Shown: positions 24,921 through 38,246, counted from the first letter of the whole stretch. The stretch: DNA of 63,389 nucleotides, filler included, from Basidiobolus ranarum (GCA_040143965.1; 52 parts of 52 records of this genome joined end to end with filler, not necessarily neighbours in it), one strand, 5' to 3'. The notes: generated from the letters alone by a model not told the origin. A program made the numbers and translations.

Positions 24921-25622
24921 GCAACAAAGCCCAATCCATGGACACAGAGTAAGTACCTCTATAATTGGACTAATTTGCTTGTGTGATAATCTGATGGTAT
25001 TTTTAGGAAAGCTGCAAGACAGACTTCTTGGTGAGATAGATCAAGATACACAGTATTATTGTTTTAGCCATGGGGTAATCTATTCAAGCAATGACACATC
25101 TGCTAGTGACAGGACATTTGTTGATTGCAAGTTGGGGATATATTGGCTGAATTCTTGACAAAAATTTGCCAAAATCCAAGAGCTTATTCCCATTGTGAAC
25201 AGTAACAAGAGTCAGCTATTTGCCAAGTGTCAGTGCTATTTAAAATTTCAGATGTTAAGCAATTTTTCCATTGTTGGTTTGCTGGTAAAGCATATTGATG
25301 TTGTTGAGTTATGTCTAATCAGTCAAGTATGTGCATATGTAGAGACCAAACACAACAAGTTTCTTGTATTTTTTGATTCTCTTTATGGCTGGAATACAAA
25401 GCCTAAAATATCTAAATAAAGGCATGCATATTAATTTGAACTTCTACAGCAGTAAACCCGGTAATTTGCCATTTGAAAATTATATTTTGCAAAAATTGCC
25501 GGATATTGAATAATACATGCCAAATTCAAGGATCAATATTTTAACTTGTATGAATACCATAACAATACTGTCAAGAAACCACCATCACACCATCAAAATC
25601 TCTGGCAGAATGCAAGCCACCA
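24921..25622 (+). mobile_element. CMC transposase 3' end (GWNTKPKISK*) and right subterminal region
   Basis: Homologous to 56199..56870. Confidence 0.9.
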
Positions 25623-26944
25623 NNNNNNNNNNNNNNNNNNNNNNNNNNNNNNNNNNNNNNNNNNNNTTAATTAATTAANNNNNNNNNNNNNNNNNNNNNN
25701 NNNNNNNNNNNNNNNNNNNNNNTAAGAAAAATACAGGGCCTACAGCACCAGTATTGTCGGGCAATGCAGGATGTCCGGCTCTAATTGCCAATGCTAAGCT
25801 ACTAGGTATTGCCCATGTTGATGTGTCTCTGTGTCACTAAGTAAAAGTTATGGAGGTTGTTTTGCAGGTCAAAAATATCTCTATCTGCATGAGATTGAGG
25901 TTTAGGTACTAAAAGAAAAAATGAGAGACTTGAGTAATAGCTGATGTACTTTGAATATTTGAAGCAATTTGTATGTAGTAAATAGGTCTTTATAACTGTA
26001 ATTGAACGTAGTGTGAATATCGGGTGGATGAGTGGGCATTTGCAATTAGAATGCACTTACTCTTTTATATATGTGAGTATACTTGTGGAGATGATAAAAC
26101 GAAACAAATTTTGGTTTCAAAAATCTCAGTTTTCTTAACACATTGAGGATTGTGTGTCTGATATTCGATGCTTTATTGCTTATTTAGAATGACTTTAGCT
26201 CCCCATTGCTTTATCTTTTTTCTCCTGTCAAATAGCAAATGATCAGTATAATTGTCAAAAATCAATATTTAACTACCGATATTTCTTAAGGTAACCTCTG
26301 AATTGATAAAACTGAAAGGAGTATGAGAATACGTTTCATCTATAACATGGAAAGTACATGAAGAGATTTGCCTAGAGCTATGATCTGAAATGCTTATAAA
26401 TAGTCCGGTGTGAGAGAGCACAAGAAATTCATGTAGCAGGTGATGAAGCAAGTAGTGTAATTATGACCTTGATAACGCGTTATTTGCCATTACCAATCAT
26501 TAACTATTCACTATCTATGTCCTTTATTATTAGTAATACCCAGAATTATATACGAAGATACTGAAGCGAATCTCATTTAATAAACTCCTCAAGTTATGGT
26601 AAATAATGAACTCGCCTACGTGAACAAGATTCAACCATAATCACTTTACCAACACTTGGATATTTGAGAATAGTTAGTGACCAAGCAATGAATCAATTCC
26701 TACATAATTGTTGATGCTGAATATATTCAAAACAAGCTTTAACAACGAGCAATCTAATACAATTTAGCCATAATAAAGGAATATTATTGAAATCAAAGCT
26801 CAAAGAGCATTTCCTGTCAATCCGATAATCACATTCTTTGTTGCNNNNNNNNNNNNNNNNNNNNNNNNNNNNNNNNNNNNNNNNNNNNTTAATTAATTAA
26901 NNNNNNNNNNNNNNNNNNNNNNNNNNNNNNNNNNNNNNNNNNNN

Positions 26945-28065
26945 ACCTGATTCCTGATTGGCTGGAAAAATATCCTTTTTCTTATTACCATATTTTTCAT
27001 TGGCAGAGATAATATGCTGATTTCTAGAAGCTGATTCCAAATTATCAGTGTCCTGAGAGTAATTATCAGATTTTCTGGTATAAATTAGTGCATTTCAGTG
27101 CTGCCTAATGTATCACTACTCATAGAGCTGCTTGATTCCAGAATATCATATAATAGTTTATTCTCCTTGGTTTCAGTACTTGTAGGGAAGTTTGAGACAG
27201 GATTATTGCTTGTTGATTTTTTGCTAGGAATATTCACCACAGGGATTGGTGATGATTTGAGCATTGTCATATATTTGTTGGTGGCTGATGTTGTAGACCT
27301 TGTCCCAGATGTGATATTTTCTAAATTTGGATAATGTTGATAGATAGTTTCAGATTCCAAATTTGGCCTAATTACAGTATCTATTTCCAATGTATCATTT
27401 TCCAAGTTGGTTTCAGTGCTTGTTAGCTCAAGATTGGTTTCAGAACTTATTAACTCAAAATTTAAGTTATTGAGAAATTGATTTTCAGCCAAATTCAAAT
27501 TCCCTTTATTAGAAGATCTGAGATTTTCTTCAATGAATATAGTATTGCTGGAGTTGATGATTTGATTTGTGCCAGCAAATAGGAGACAAAAGCATTTGTT
27601 CTGATATCCTAGTAGGATACATTTAATTGCCTTTTTGTCCAATTTCCTATGCTGAGGTTTAGGAATATGAGCATATACTATTAATCCAAAAATTCTGAGG
27701 TGATTAAGATTAGGCTTTTTTCCAGTCCAGATTTCAATAGGAGTTTTAGAGTCATCATTGCTATGTGTTGGACTTCTATTTTGGAGATATATAGCTATTA
27801 AAATAGCTTCAACCCAATAGGTCTTAGGCAGATCTGAATCAATCAACACTGTATGTGCTTTTTCTACTAAAGTCCTATTCATCCTTTCTGCAACTCCATT
27901 TTGTTCTGCACTATATGGAAAAGTAAATTGCTGCTGCATTCCCTTTTCTTGACAAAAGCTAGTCATGGCTTCATTGCAAAATTCAGTCCCACTATCACTG
28001 CATAGGTATTTGATTTTTCTTCCTGTTATGGTTGTGACCATTGCTTCATATATCTTGAAGTATTG
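26945..28065 (-). mobile_element. Ty1/copia integrase core and C-terminal region
   Basis: SD.GTEF, QNGVAERMNRTLVEK, TPIEIWTGKKP, KLDKKAIKCILLGY. Confidence 0.97.
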
Positions 28066-28165
28066 NNNNNNNNNNNNNNNNNNNNNNNNNNNNNNNNNNN
28101 NNNNNNNNNTTAATTAATTAANNNNNNNNNNNNNNNNNNNNNNNNNNNNNNNNNNNNNNNNNNNN

Positions 28166-28417
28166 AAGACTGATTGAGGTGAAGCCTGACCCAAATTATT
28201 AATCAACTGTTGTAGTGGCGCGCTGCCTTCTGATCCTATACTTTCTGAGAACGGTACTCGATTTTTAGTTGCATCACCCTCAGAATTATGTGCGACTTGA
28301 GCCATTCCAGAATCAATTCTGGTCCCTTCATTGAACCGAGGGCCTTTAAGTTCACCTTGGTCGGAATTTATCTCATTACCTTCAATGAAATTAAGGTTTA
28401 ATAGCCGGAATCTACAC
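28166..28417 (-). CDS. Exon of a hypothetical host gene
   Basis: Open frame CRFRLLNLNFIEGNEINSDQGELKGPRFNEGTRIDSGMAQVAHNS... to contig end, preceded by a candidate GT..AG intron at 28453..28418. Confidence 0.4.
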
Positions 28418-29133
28418 CTGTTTATATTGTAACACTAAAAAACTATAGGTTACTTGATAGATAATATTCTATGATTGTGATTCTCGGAGTAATAGCACTT
28501 GATTATATCAATACAAGCTACAGCAGCGAAAAAAAAGATAGGATCTGAATCTCGTACAGTATACTAACTTTTTTTGGGAAGGTAAAAAACATACTTAACC
28601 ACTACTTTCTCATCATTATGCATAACATTTGCCTATAAATTAGGCTATTAAAAAAGTTATATTATTTGTCTATGTTTAATACCTTTCTTAATAGTACTTT
28701 TATACTTTAATTTTTATAGGAATTCATGATAGTAATGGTATTTTAAGTAATATAATCTCATTCATCAAAAAGACCTGCAGACAAATACTTAAATTTCGAT
28801 AACTTTAAAGCAACATAGTTTTATATGAAACAAGATCTTGGTATAACAGCCCTATGACAATATCGCGTTAGGTGCCATAATAATGTTGTGTTAAGTAGCA
28901 CAATCCGTTCAAGAATTAAGGCACTCAGTCTAATACTAAGTATCTGATGCAACATGTTGCTATATGAAAGGAAATTTTGGTAAAAGAACCCTTAACCAAA
29001 AGTACGTTAAGTCCTCGTTTTTTTATCAGTCTTACAAAGACAACTAATGAAATTGTCGCATTGTAATATCTCACTTTATTAATATTTGAATAGAGTAGAA
29101 TGCATAACTGCTATAATGCTAAAGGAAACTATA

Positions 29134-29286
29134 TCAATATCTGCGGCCAAAGCGGCGTCTACGACCACAATGCCTGCAACTATAACTTCTATAACCTGAG
29201 TCTGAGTCCTCGGGCTCTTCCTCGTCAGGGGCTTGTGAAGTCTCAGCATTCTGTGATGTTTGAGGCGATTGATATAATGTTTGCTC
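29134..29286 (-). CDS. 3' end of a hypothetical host gene
   Basis: EQTLYQSPQTSQNAETSQAPDEEEPEDSDSGYRSYSCRHCGRRRRFGRRY*; GC-rich, CpG intact. Confidence 0.5.
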   Translation of the reverse strand, partial: EQTLYQSPQTSQNAETSQAPDEEEPEDSDSGYRSYSCRHCGRRRRFGRRY

Positions 29287-29386
29287 NNNNNNNNNNNNNN
29301 NNNNNNNNNNNNNNNNNNNNNNNNNNNNNNTTAATTAATTAANNNNNNNNNNNNNNNNNNNNNNNNNNNNNNNNNNNNNNNNNNNN

Positions 29387-30507
29387 TTGGTGCTGATTCT
29401 TTTGCTACTAGTGCTTTGCAGTGCTTTAATTCTGCAAGGCTTCAGATTTTGATTTGATACATAACACCTAAGTAATTTGTGTCTTGGTATAAAAGAAGGT
29501 CATTGACTACCTTTTCCCACCTAGTGAGACATTTTGCATGGGCCCACATAGGTCAGATTGAAACAGGGCAATGTTCTAGCTGATTTGATGTCTCCAGAGC
29601 TTGAGAATGGCTTTTTGCAATGTTTTCCATATATGCAATCTTCATACGGATCCAATTTGGTAATATATTTAATTTCTAAGCCTGAAACAGGTTGATTTTG
29701 GAACACTTTGGTCAGTTTTTGTTCCCCAATGTTGCCCAATCTGCTATAACATGTTTGGCAACTGACTTCACAGGTTCTGGCCAAGTTTGCAAGCGCAGAA
29801 TGCAAGTTGCTGCTTGCTAGCTTTTATAAGTTTTGGCTTTTACTCCCAGTAGCTATTTTGTATTATTCTGATCTGAGATGGAGCATCCAGCCTGGCCAAA
29901 CACAAAATCTTGTCCATGAGCTGCTACTTGGCTTACTGAGAGTAGATTCTTGGCCATATTTAGTATATAAGGTTCATCATGCGATTTTGCAGATGATGTA
30001 ACTCAATTTTGAGCTAAATTAAGCATAACTGTGCCTTTACCAACTGCATCTAGGACCCAGTCATTACCTTAGTAGACTTTCCATGTTTGGATGTGTTTTA
30101 AGCTAGAAAACCATTTTTTTTGGACTTATGCTTCGAAGCTTGTGAATCAGTGTACCAAATTTTGAAGTCTTCCTGAGTGGTAACTGATAGGTGAGACATT
30201 GATATATGATCCCTATCAGTGCTTCCTTGCTGCAGTATTTATTCAATTTATATGAGTAGGCACTGAATCATTGTATTTCTTCTGAATTGCTCCCAAGTAG
30301 TGTCATGACTAGGTCATCTTGATTTAGTGGTGCACCAATGGATGAGGGCTGATCTGCCATAGTTTTATCCAATAAATATGCTTAAGCATAGAATCATCAG
30401 TATTCATCTGAATTGAGAGTAACTTTTGCCTATGCTATAGCCTATTAGCCAGACTTGTAGTCTCATATAGTTCCTCAAGTGTTTTCCGGACAGCTTAGAC
30501 ATTTTTG
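29387..30507 (-). mobile_element. Heavily decayed copia gag-protease-pre-integrase
   Basis: WYTDSQASKH protease motif, RLGNIG, C..CIYGK, LTYVGP in broken frames. Confidence 0.8.
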
Positions 30508-30999
30508 NNNNNNNNNNNNNNNNNNNNNNNNNNNNNNNNNNNNNNNNNNNNTTAATTAATTAANNNNNNNNNNNNNNNNNNNNNNNNNNNNNNNNNNNNN
30601 NNNNNNNGTAGATCGTAGCTTTGGTTTCCTATAGAGGTATTGCATTGTAGCAGGAAAGTATAGAGGGATATCAATTTGTGAGCCTCAATCATAGATAGCA
30701 AAGTAGTCAAAATCTTGATTAATTGTCCATACAGTCATGCTCAAGAATATCCATTGAGAGCTCCAGATTCAAGACATTATAAATAAAGCTTTCATCATCT
30801 TTTGAATGTGCAATAATGTCTAAAAGCACTTTTCCAAAATACAGATAAGTAAAACTACAGTTTTGGATATTGTAAATAATATCATGCCAGAGAGTGCCCA
30901 ATTGTGCCAATTTGTGTGAGCACACTTTTTAGCTGGTCTGATCTAGCTCAATAAACTGGAATAGGTGTATTGGATCAGTGAGAAGGTTGCACATGTGGA

Positions 31000-31255
31000 T
31001 AAACATCACAGACAGCTGTTTTCAAGATCTGGTAATATCAAGTCCACTCAGATTTTTGCCCTGATCTATTCTGCCCATGAGGCCACATGAAAAGGTTGCA
31101 CTAGGTGGCAAAAGGTACTTTATACACTTTATTGATGACAAAACAACATACACCTGGGCATTCTTTCTCACTTCAAAATTTGAAACCTTAACTTCATTCA
31201 AGCACTACAAAGCAATGGTGGAGAAAGTATCAGCACAAAAAATAAGGGCAATAAG
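31000..31255 (+). mobile_element. Copia integrase fragment
   Basis: GGKRYFIHFIDDKTTYTWAFFL.SK.E...FK.YKAMVE....KIRAI. Confidence 0.9.
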
Positions 31256-31728
31256 TGTTGAAATTAGGTAAATAGCAACTCATTATTTAGCACCCAATTC
31301 TGTCATTTAAAAGCTAGTGTTTATTGCTCTAATTGATAGAAATATCAATTAGAACACTGTCACCAATTTTGACTATTTTCTCAAAACTTCCCCATATCAA
31401 CTCAAATTTACACCCATGCTTAACAGGAATGTTTGTTATGATCTAAGCATGTCCAATAGTCCTATCTCATAGTAAATTATAAATAGGATATATTCAATGC
31501 AACAGAACCAAATCACATAAGCAATTTTATCAGGTGAGAGCCTTGAGCTATCTGTAAAAGGAATGTCTACAAGCACTATTACCAATGTTTTTGATAAAAG
31601 TGTTTAGGGGATTTGGAAGTGTTTTGGAAAAGATTTGGATTTGTGAATTAGACACTTAAGTTTTATTGAATTCAATATGTCCTATTTATAGTTTACTATG
31701 AAATAGGACTATTGGATGTGCTTAGATC
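31256..31728. repeat. Copia family D LTR pieces: forward 31256..~31500 and inverted ~31589..31728
   Basis: TGTTGAAATTAG start interrupts the integrase; both pieces match 36802..37154. Confidence 0.75.
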
Positions 31729-31828
31729 NNNNNNNNNNNNNNNNNNNNNNNNNNNNNNNNNNNNNNNNNNNNTTAATTAATTAANNNNNNNNNNNNNNNN
31801 NNNNNNNNNNNNNNNNNNNNNNNNNNNN

Positions 31829-32044
31829 GTTTCACACATGTTCTGAACCATAGTTCTCTGAGATTTTAGCCAATCATGTGCAACTATTTTGTGAAATCTT
31901 GAAATTTCACACCTGAAACTGAAAAAATTGATTAAAATCAAATCTAACTTGATGATTTTATGATGGTGAGTAAAAGGTCAATCCCAAAGGGATTAAAATT
32001 GTGATGGTTTTCCTACAATAACAATCCTCAAATTTCTGTTAGGG
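31829..32044 (+). mobile_element. CMC left terminus inserted in copia RNase H
   Basis: CTGTTAGGG followed by TCAAGGATGAAACAT (SRMKHIDI). Confidence 0.9.
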
Positions 32045-32566
32045 TCAAGGATGAAACATATTGACATAAGACATTATTTTATACAAGAGAAAGTTCAAGA
32101 CAAAGAAATAACCTTTATTTATTGTAATACTGAAAACATGCTTGCAGATATACTAACAAAGCCACTCAAAACTTCAAGCTTTGAGAAGTTAAGAGCAGGA
32201 ATAGGTATTAGTGAATATAAGCACAATGCTGAACAAGAATTAAGGGAAGGTGTTGGATAATTAATCTTTATTCAACATCATAGTCAACTTTAGTTATGAT
32301 ACATATATCCGAAAAGAAAGTAACATATCTATAGCCCCTATATTCTAAATAGGAATATCACTATATCTATATAGCAAGTATGTCTTATTACCCCAACTTA
32401 TCTATTATATCTTTATACACAAACTCCTGAATATCTCAAACAATTGATTTACTTTTCTACTACATAAGTCATCATAAACTCATACAAATAAAGTAACTAA
32501 AACACACTATCATAAGTTGCTTCTAATTCTCAAAGTCTACCCCCATTATGTCAAGTTCCTCCAACA
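32045..32566 (+). mobile_element. Copia family B RNase H end, PPT (32242..32250) and 3' LTR (32251..32566)
   Basis: KHIDIRHYFI, MLADILTKPL; AAGGGAAGG then TG...CA, 316 bp. Confidence 0.93.
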
Positions 32567-32821
32567 AAAACAACTGTAACATCAGCCAGCAGGGTTTTGA
32601 ATGAGGATGCACTAGTAGTTATTTATCCAAGAATATGGAAAGTTCCCTGCCTATGCAGACAAAGCTAGGGAAAAAATTTAAAGTATCAGAAATATAACAC
32701 CTACCTGTCAGTACTTCCTTTGAGCCAGTCAAGTCCTTTCTAGTTGCACAGTAGGCTCTAACTGCCTCTAGTGGTCTCTCTTGAGCTTCCTCTTCAAAGG
32801 TCTTGTAAGTGGTGATAAAAA

Positions 32822-32949
32822 TGTTGAAGTTTATTGTTTTTATCATATTTGTTATCTCTATCTTTATACACCTAACTATTTCATATATCACATATAAGTT
32901 AGTTAACATTACTTAGTCAAATCTCACAAAGCTATTCACAACTCCACTT
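32822..32949 (+). repeat. Copia family C LTR, internally deleted
   Basis: Start matches the reverse complement of 38153..38246, end matches 60010..60038. Confidence 0.75.
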
Positions 32950-33049
32950 NNNNNNNNNNNNNNNNNNNNNNNNNNNNNNNNNNNNNNNNNNNNTTAATTA
33001 ATTAANNNNNNNNNNNNNNNNNNNNNNNNNNNNNNNNNNNNNNNNNNNN

Positions 33050-34169
33050 GGTAACTATTTTATTAATGCTAATATTATTATATGTATTGGTGACACTCCT
33101 GCCATCAGTAAACTTGAAGGTTTTTGCAGGCACAATGCACTATCTTGCTGTAGCTTTTGTCAAATCAATGGAGTTAACTCTATCAGGCATATGCATTACT
33201 ACTGTCAAAATACAACACCAAACCCCATGATTTTACCATCAACAACTGGGCCAGATTTCAATATAATCACTGATATCAATTGACCAAAAGGTCAGTCTAA
33301 CATCAAACTTGATACTAGCTGTAAGCCTAAGACTATATTGCTAAAGGGGATCAGCTGGAGCCAGAGCTTCCTATTAGACACAATGCACTAACTATTGAAC
33401 AAGATTTCAATACTACTTACTCAGCTATATAGTGGAAATTTCAATATGAATGAGCCATTCAAGATAGAATCAAGTTTGAATCAACTGGGAAAATGCTTGA
33501 AAACATCAAGATACTGTCACATTTTACCAGGACTCCCATCAATATCCACTCATCCAGGCATTTATTCAAATGCAAAGACTGAAAATATTGGATTTGTATG
33601 TATTCAAGTAAAATGTTGAAAAGATTTCTGCCTGATAAGTATTAGCAACACTGGGAGTAGTTTGTGGATATTTTTAATATATTCTTATGGCATCAACTCA
33701 CATTGTCAGATCTCAGGCAGATAGAGTGATTATGCAAAGATTTTGTAAATGGATATGAAAAACTTTATTACAGATTTATGGAAGAAATACTGAATTTATG
33801 CCAGTATTCAATACATTCCCAGCTGCATCTTTCACAATGCGTAGAGATTGTAGGCCCTTGCTATGTATTCTAGGAGTTCCCAATGGAGTGCACCTGTGGT
33901 GAAATGATGCTCCATGTAAAATTGTCAGTATTACCATATGCTAATCTGATTAATAATGTGTCAGCAAAATCAGTGATGGATGTAAAGCAATGGGTTAAAG
34001 AGACTCCAGAGTATATTAACCTTCCAACAAAGGGATCTTTTCAATGTCTTCATGAGATTTCACATTGTTCAAGCACAATAGTAGCAACAAAACCCAATCC
34101 ATGGACACGGAGTAAGTATCTCTATAATTTGGACTTTGCTTGTGTAATAATGAGACAGTATTTCTAGGA
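33050..34169 (+). mobile_element. CMC transposase middle to 3' region
   Basis: GDTPAISKL, EFPMECTCGEMM..VKLSVLPYANL. Confidence 0.9.
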
Positions 34170-34599
34170 NNNNNNNNNNNNNNNNNNNNNNNNNNNNNNN
34201 NNNNNNNNNNNNNTTAATTAATTAANNNNNNNNNNNNNNNNNNNNNNNNNNNNNNNNNNNNNNNNNNNNGATTGTAGAATGATCCAGAAAGTCATGGAAT
34301 ATTCCAGCAAAATCAAGTTATGATTGGTCAAAACTTAATCAATCATCAAATATTCCAAGAATCTTGTTGAATGTTCTGGAAGAATGAAGAATTTTCCAGA
34401 AAATAATAGGGCTAAGGTGGGTTAATACTGATAAATCTGAAGTAATTGGCAATAATACTAATAGTGTGATGTGTTTGGCTAGAAAATGTGAGTAAGTCAA
34501 ATAAGGATAATAAAATAGAAATTGTGCAATAGTAATGATATGAACTTGGAGTGTAAATAAGTCAACCTGCCAGTGGGTAGCAATGCTACCCCACTACAC

Positions 34600-35121
34600 C
34601 ACTGCAAATGGAATTTGTCTAGTATTTGTTTTTGACATCATATCTGATGTGCCATCCTCTCTTGGCAATCTTGTGCTAGTTCATACAGGTTACCTTAAAT
34701 AGAAGTCATGTTCATTGGATTATTGTGTAAAACATAACCAATTTTATTGTCCCACAAATAATATATTTCCACCAAGACCATCCATGGATGGCCATCTGAT
34801 CATCCTTACATCATATCCATTTGTATTGATTGTTGTAGTCCCTAACACCCTAACACTTGAGCTTACCACAGTATATACCCTATTCAGTATATCATATTTC
34901 ACCCTGCAATATCTATAAAAGCCCCCTGATTTGCTTGATGAGAGATCAGTCTAACCATGCCACTTATCCTTAATAATTATTGCCAAAATATCTTCCCTGT
35001 CCATCCTTGTCATGTCTTGTCCTGCCTTGTGGTCTACATGCAACCATTCTCTTGCATTCTAGCCTCCTGTATCTTTTTCCAGTTCTTGTCCAGTTCCTCA
35101 TTGTGACAGTTTGGTCAGACT
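34600..35121 (+). repeat. Diverged gypsy 5' LTR (ends TGTGACA at 35108; left edge approximate) with candidate PBS at 35111..35121
   Basis: Homologous to the reverse complement of 50117..50521 and 35193..35389; TATAAAA at 34914. Confidence 0.7.
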
Positions 35122-35192
35122 ACTTACTCTTGCAAGTAGATCTCTGTCTCTTCCAGCACTCCAACCTTGAAACCCTCAAGTTTTGCTTACCC

Positions 35193-35389
35193 TGTCACAA
35201 TAAGGAACTGCACCAAGACTAGAAACAATGACAAGAGGCTAGAAGGCAGGAGAGTACTTGGGTGTAGACCACAAGAAAAGATAAGACAAGACTGGACAGG
35301 GAAGATATTTGGCAAGAATCTTTATTGATAACTGGCATTGATCAGACTAAGGTCTGATCAAGGAATACATGGGGCTTATATAGCTATTG
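35193..35389 (-). repeat. Gypsy LTR 3' part, inverted
   Basis: Starts TGTCACAATAAGG; overlaps in sequence with 50117 onward. Confidence 0.8.
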
Positions 35390-35589
35390 NNNNNNNNNNN
35401 NNNNNNNNNNNNNNNNNNNNNNNNNNNNNNNNNTTAATTAATTAANNNNNNNNNNNNNNNNNNNNNNNNNNNNNNNNNNNNNNNNNNNNTACAGTACATC
35501 CCAGAGTTATTCAACCATGGTTATTGCACCCTTTGGACACCTCACAAAACCCTTAGGATATTGCAGTTATAGTTGCTGCTTACACCCTA

Positions 35590-36609
35590 AAACAACTACA
35601 ATGGCTAAATGCGGCAAGATAGTTCATTGTGCCTGCAAATTCCGCCAAGTTTGCTGATGGCAGAATTGTTACCAACACATACAATGATATTAGCTTTAAT
35701 AAAATATTCACCCCACTGAACCCCATTAAATAATAGTTCAAATTCTACAATCAAAAGCTCTAAGAAGCTATCTATGAATACTGATGATTTAGGTCCAGAT
35801 ATGATGTATGGTATCAAAATATTATGAATCTTATACCATTCACAAGGAGGAAGCTTTAAGTAAATTAAAACTTTTGGCCAGCAAGCCTTTCGAACAAAGT
35901 ATTTGTTTAGCAAGAAACCATCCAGAGCTAATGCAAATGCATGAACATACATGTTCTCAAAGAAACCTTGACTCTTCAGATTCTGGTAGTGATGGCCATC
36001 AAGTATATTGATAATGCCATCAGCTTTATGGTGAGTACTTTGGTATTGGATCAATGATCTATATTTGGGTGATTTCATTAAAGCTTTAAGACAAGGAATT
36101 GATGGTATGTAAGCTAAATATGAACACTATTTACCTAATTCAGTGATTGCAATTGGGTGCAAACTGTACATGACTTCAGGTTTTTTAGATCACCGGTGAA
36201 AGCCAAACAACCATTTCGACATAAAGGTAGTTTAATTACTGAAGGATTATAAGTCATACAACTGACAAGTGTTTTCCACTTATACCAGGTCTGTGGCAAG
36301 CATCAGTTGCCAATCAACTGTGGTCAAAGTGTAAGAAAACTAATAAACACTGGGTTGCTAAGATTGGATTGAACTCTCCACTCCTCAATGATTAAAGCTG
36401 CTTCCTTTACTGTAGATGAGATGAGTGGACTAATGCTTGCTGATAACAAAGAGTCCATAACAAAACCATTGTCTTCTTCTTCAACTTCTGATATACTACC
36501 ATCAGTACTGGAATGACTGAGGTCAACATCTAGTAGCATGTCCTCAAAGTTGTCTGGACTTACAGGTTTGATCAAAGTTGCATTTCTAGCTACATCATTC
36601 TGGTCACAT
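35590..36609 (-). mobile_element. CMC transposase (Transposase_21-like core)
   Basis: LALDGF, CWP, LPP, ISGPK, DSFLE.LI.EF. Confidence 0.92.
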
Positions 36610-36801
36610 NNNNNNNNNNNNNNNNNNNNNNNNNNNNNNNNNNNNNNNNNNNNTTAATTAATTAANNNNNNNNNNNNNNNNNNNNNNNNNNNNNNNNNNN
36701 NNNNNNNNNATTGAATTACACTGTAATTGGGGGATTGTAATCTCTTTACTTGCACTATTTCTAAAAAGGAACACATCTTGTAAATGAATTAATGCAGCAT
36801 C

Positions 36802-37829
36802 ATTGATAAAAATGTTCAGGGGACTTGGAATTGTATTGGACTAGATTTGAATTTGTGACTTAGACACTTAAGTTTTATTGAATTGAATATGTCCCATTTG
36901 TAGTTTACTCTGAGATAAGACTATTGGTTATGTTTGGATCATAACAAACATGCCTGTTAAGCATGGGTGAAAAATCAAGGTGATTTGGAGAAAATTTGAG
37001 AAAATAGTGAAATTGGTAAAAATGTTCAAATTGATATTTCTATCAGTTAGAGCAATAAACACACATTAATGAGTGACAGAATTGAGTACTAAACAAACTG
37101 ACTATGAATAAACTAACTACTAAAGAATGAGCTGCTATTTAACTAATTTCAACATTCCCACTCAACTAATTATTTTGTATTTCTCTTAAACCTAACTTAT
37201 ATCTTGATAATTCAAATTGTGCTTTAGCCAAAGGTTTGGTTAAGATGTCAGCAATTTTTTCTTGAGCAGGGCAATAGACAAGTTCAGTTATATCATTCTC
37301 TATTGCTTCTCAAACAAAACAATGCCTAATATCAATATGATTTGTTCAAACATGACATGTTGGGTTTTTAGCTAATGAAATACAACTTTGATTATATTCA
37401 AGTACAGTAATAGCACATTTTTGCATGTTTGTTAAGTGTCTATATAACCTTCTTAACCATTAATAGCTTCTTGTGTAGTAGCAGAGGCAGCCATATACTC
37501 TGCCTCTGTAGTTGAAAGTGCTATGGTTGGTTGCTTCTAACTATTTCAAGGTATGACTCCATTACCATAGAGAAAAGTGCACCCAGTCATCGATCTTTTA
37601 TCATAGAGGTTTCTTACCCAGTCTACATCACTGTAGCCATCAAAATTTCATGCATCAGGAGTGGCAGAGTATTCCAGAACTAGATCTACAGTTCCTCTCA
37701 AATACCTGAATATTTGTATTACTGCAGTTTTGTGCTCAGATCCTGGATTTTTGAGATATTGGCTGACAGTTCCCACTGCCACAGCAATGTCTGGACGTGT
37801 TCCAACCATTGTATACATTAAACTACCAA
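36802..37829 (-). mobile_element. Copia family D RT end and RNase H, PPT and 3' LTR (~36802..37154)
   Basis: TRPDIA, GYSDVDW, ALSTTEAEYMA, ADILTKPL; GAGTGGGAA then TGTTGAAATTAG. Confidence 0.9.
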
Positions 37830-37929
37830 NNNNNNNNNNNNNNNNNNNNNNNNNNNNNNNNNNNNNNNNNNNNTTAATTAATTAANNNNNNNNNNNNNNN
37901 NNNNNNNNNNNNNNNNNNNNNNNNNNNNN

Positions 37930-38246
37930 TGAGATAATTATTTATTGTCCAGAAATATAGCATTTATACATTTTAGTGGAAATACAGAAAACTAACACTG
38001 GGATTGTGTTCAGAACATCTGGGGGAGTTAAATGAGCTACCTTTGGGGCAATTTGGTCAAGTTTGAAACTTCCAATATATAACTGCTCATTCTCACATTA
38101 TTCAAATGCATATATAATATATGTTCTGCTTTTCAGCTAAGGGATAATTGACCAAGTAATGTTAACTAACTTATATGTGATATATGAAATAGTTAGGTGT
38201 ACAAAGATACAGATAACAAATATGATAAAGACAATAAACTTCAACA
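37930..38246 (-). repeat. Copia family C LTR 5' part, inserted in another copia gag
   Basis: Ends CTTCAACA; next bases match gag at 46781. Confidence 0.82.

Noticed and set aside
29100-29342. Plus-strand ORF MHNCYNAK...
   Set aside because: The minus-strand frame gives a more protein-like C-terminus; likely a shadow
32567-32821. Weak Tc1-like wording (RKDLTGSKEVL) between LTRs
   Set aside because: No SDE or other catalytic motif; too degenerate to call
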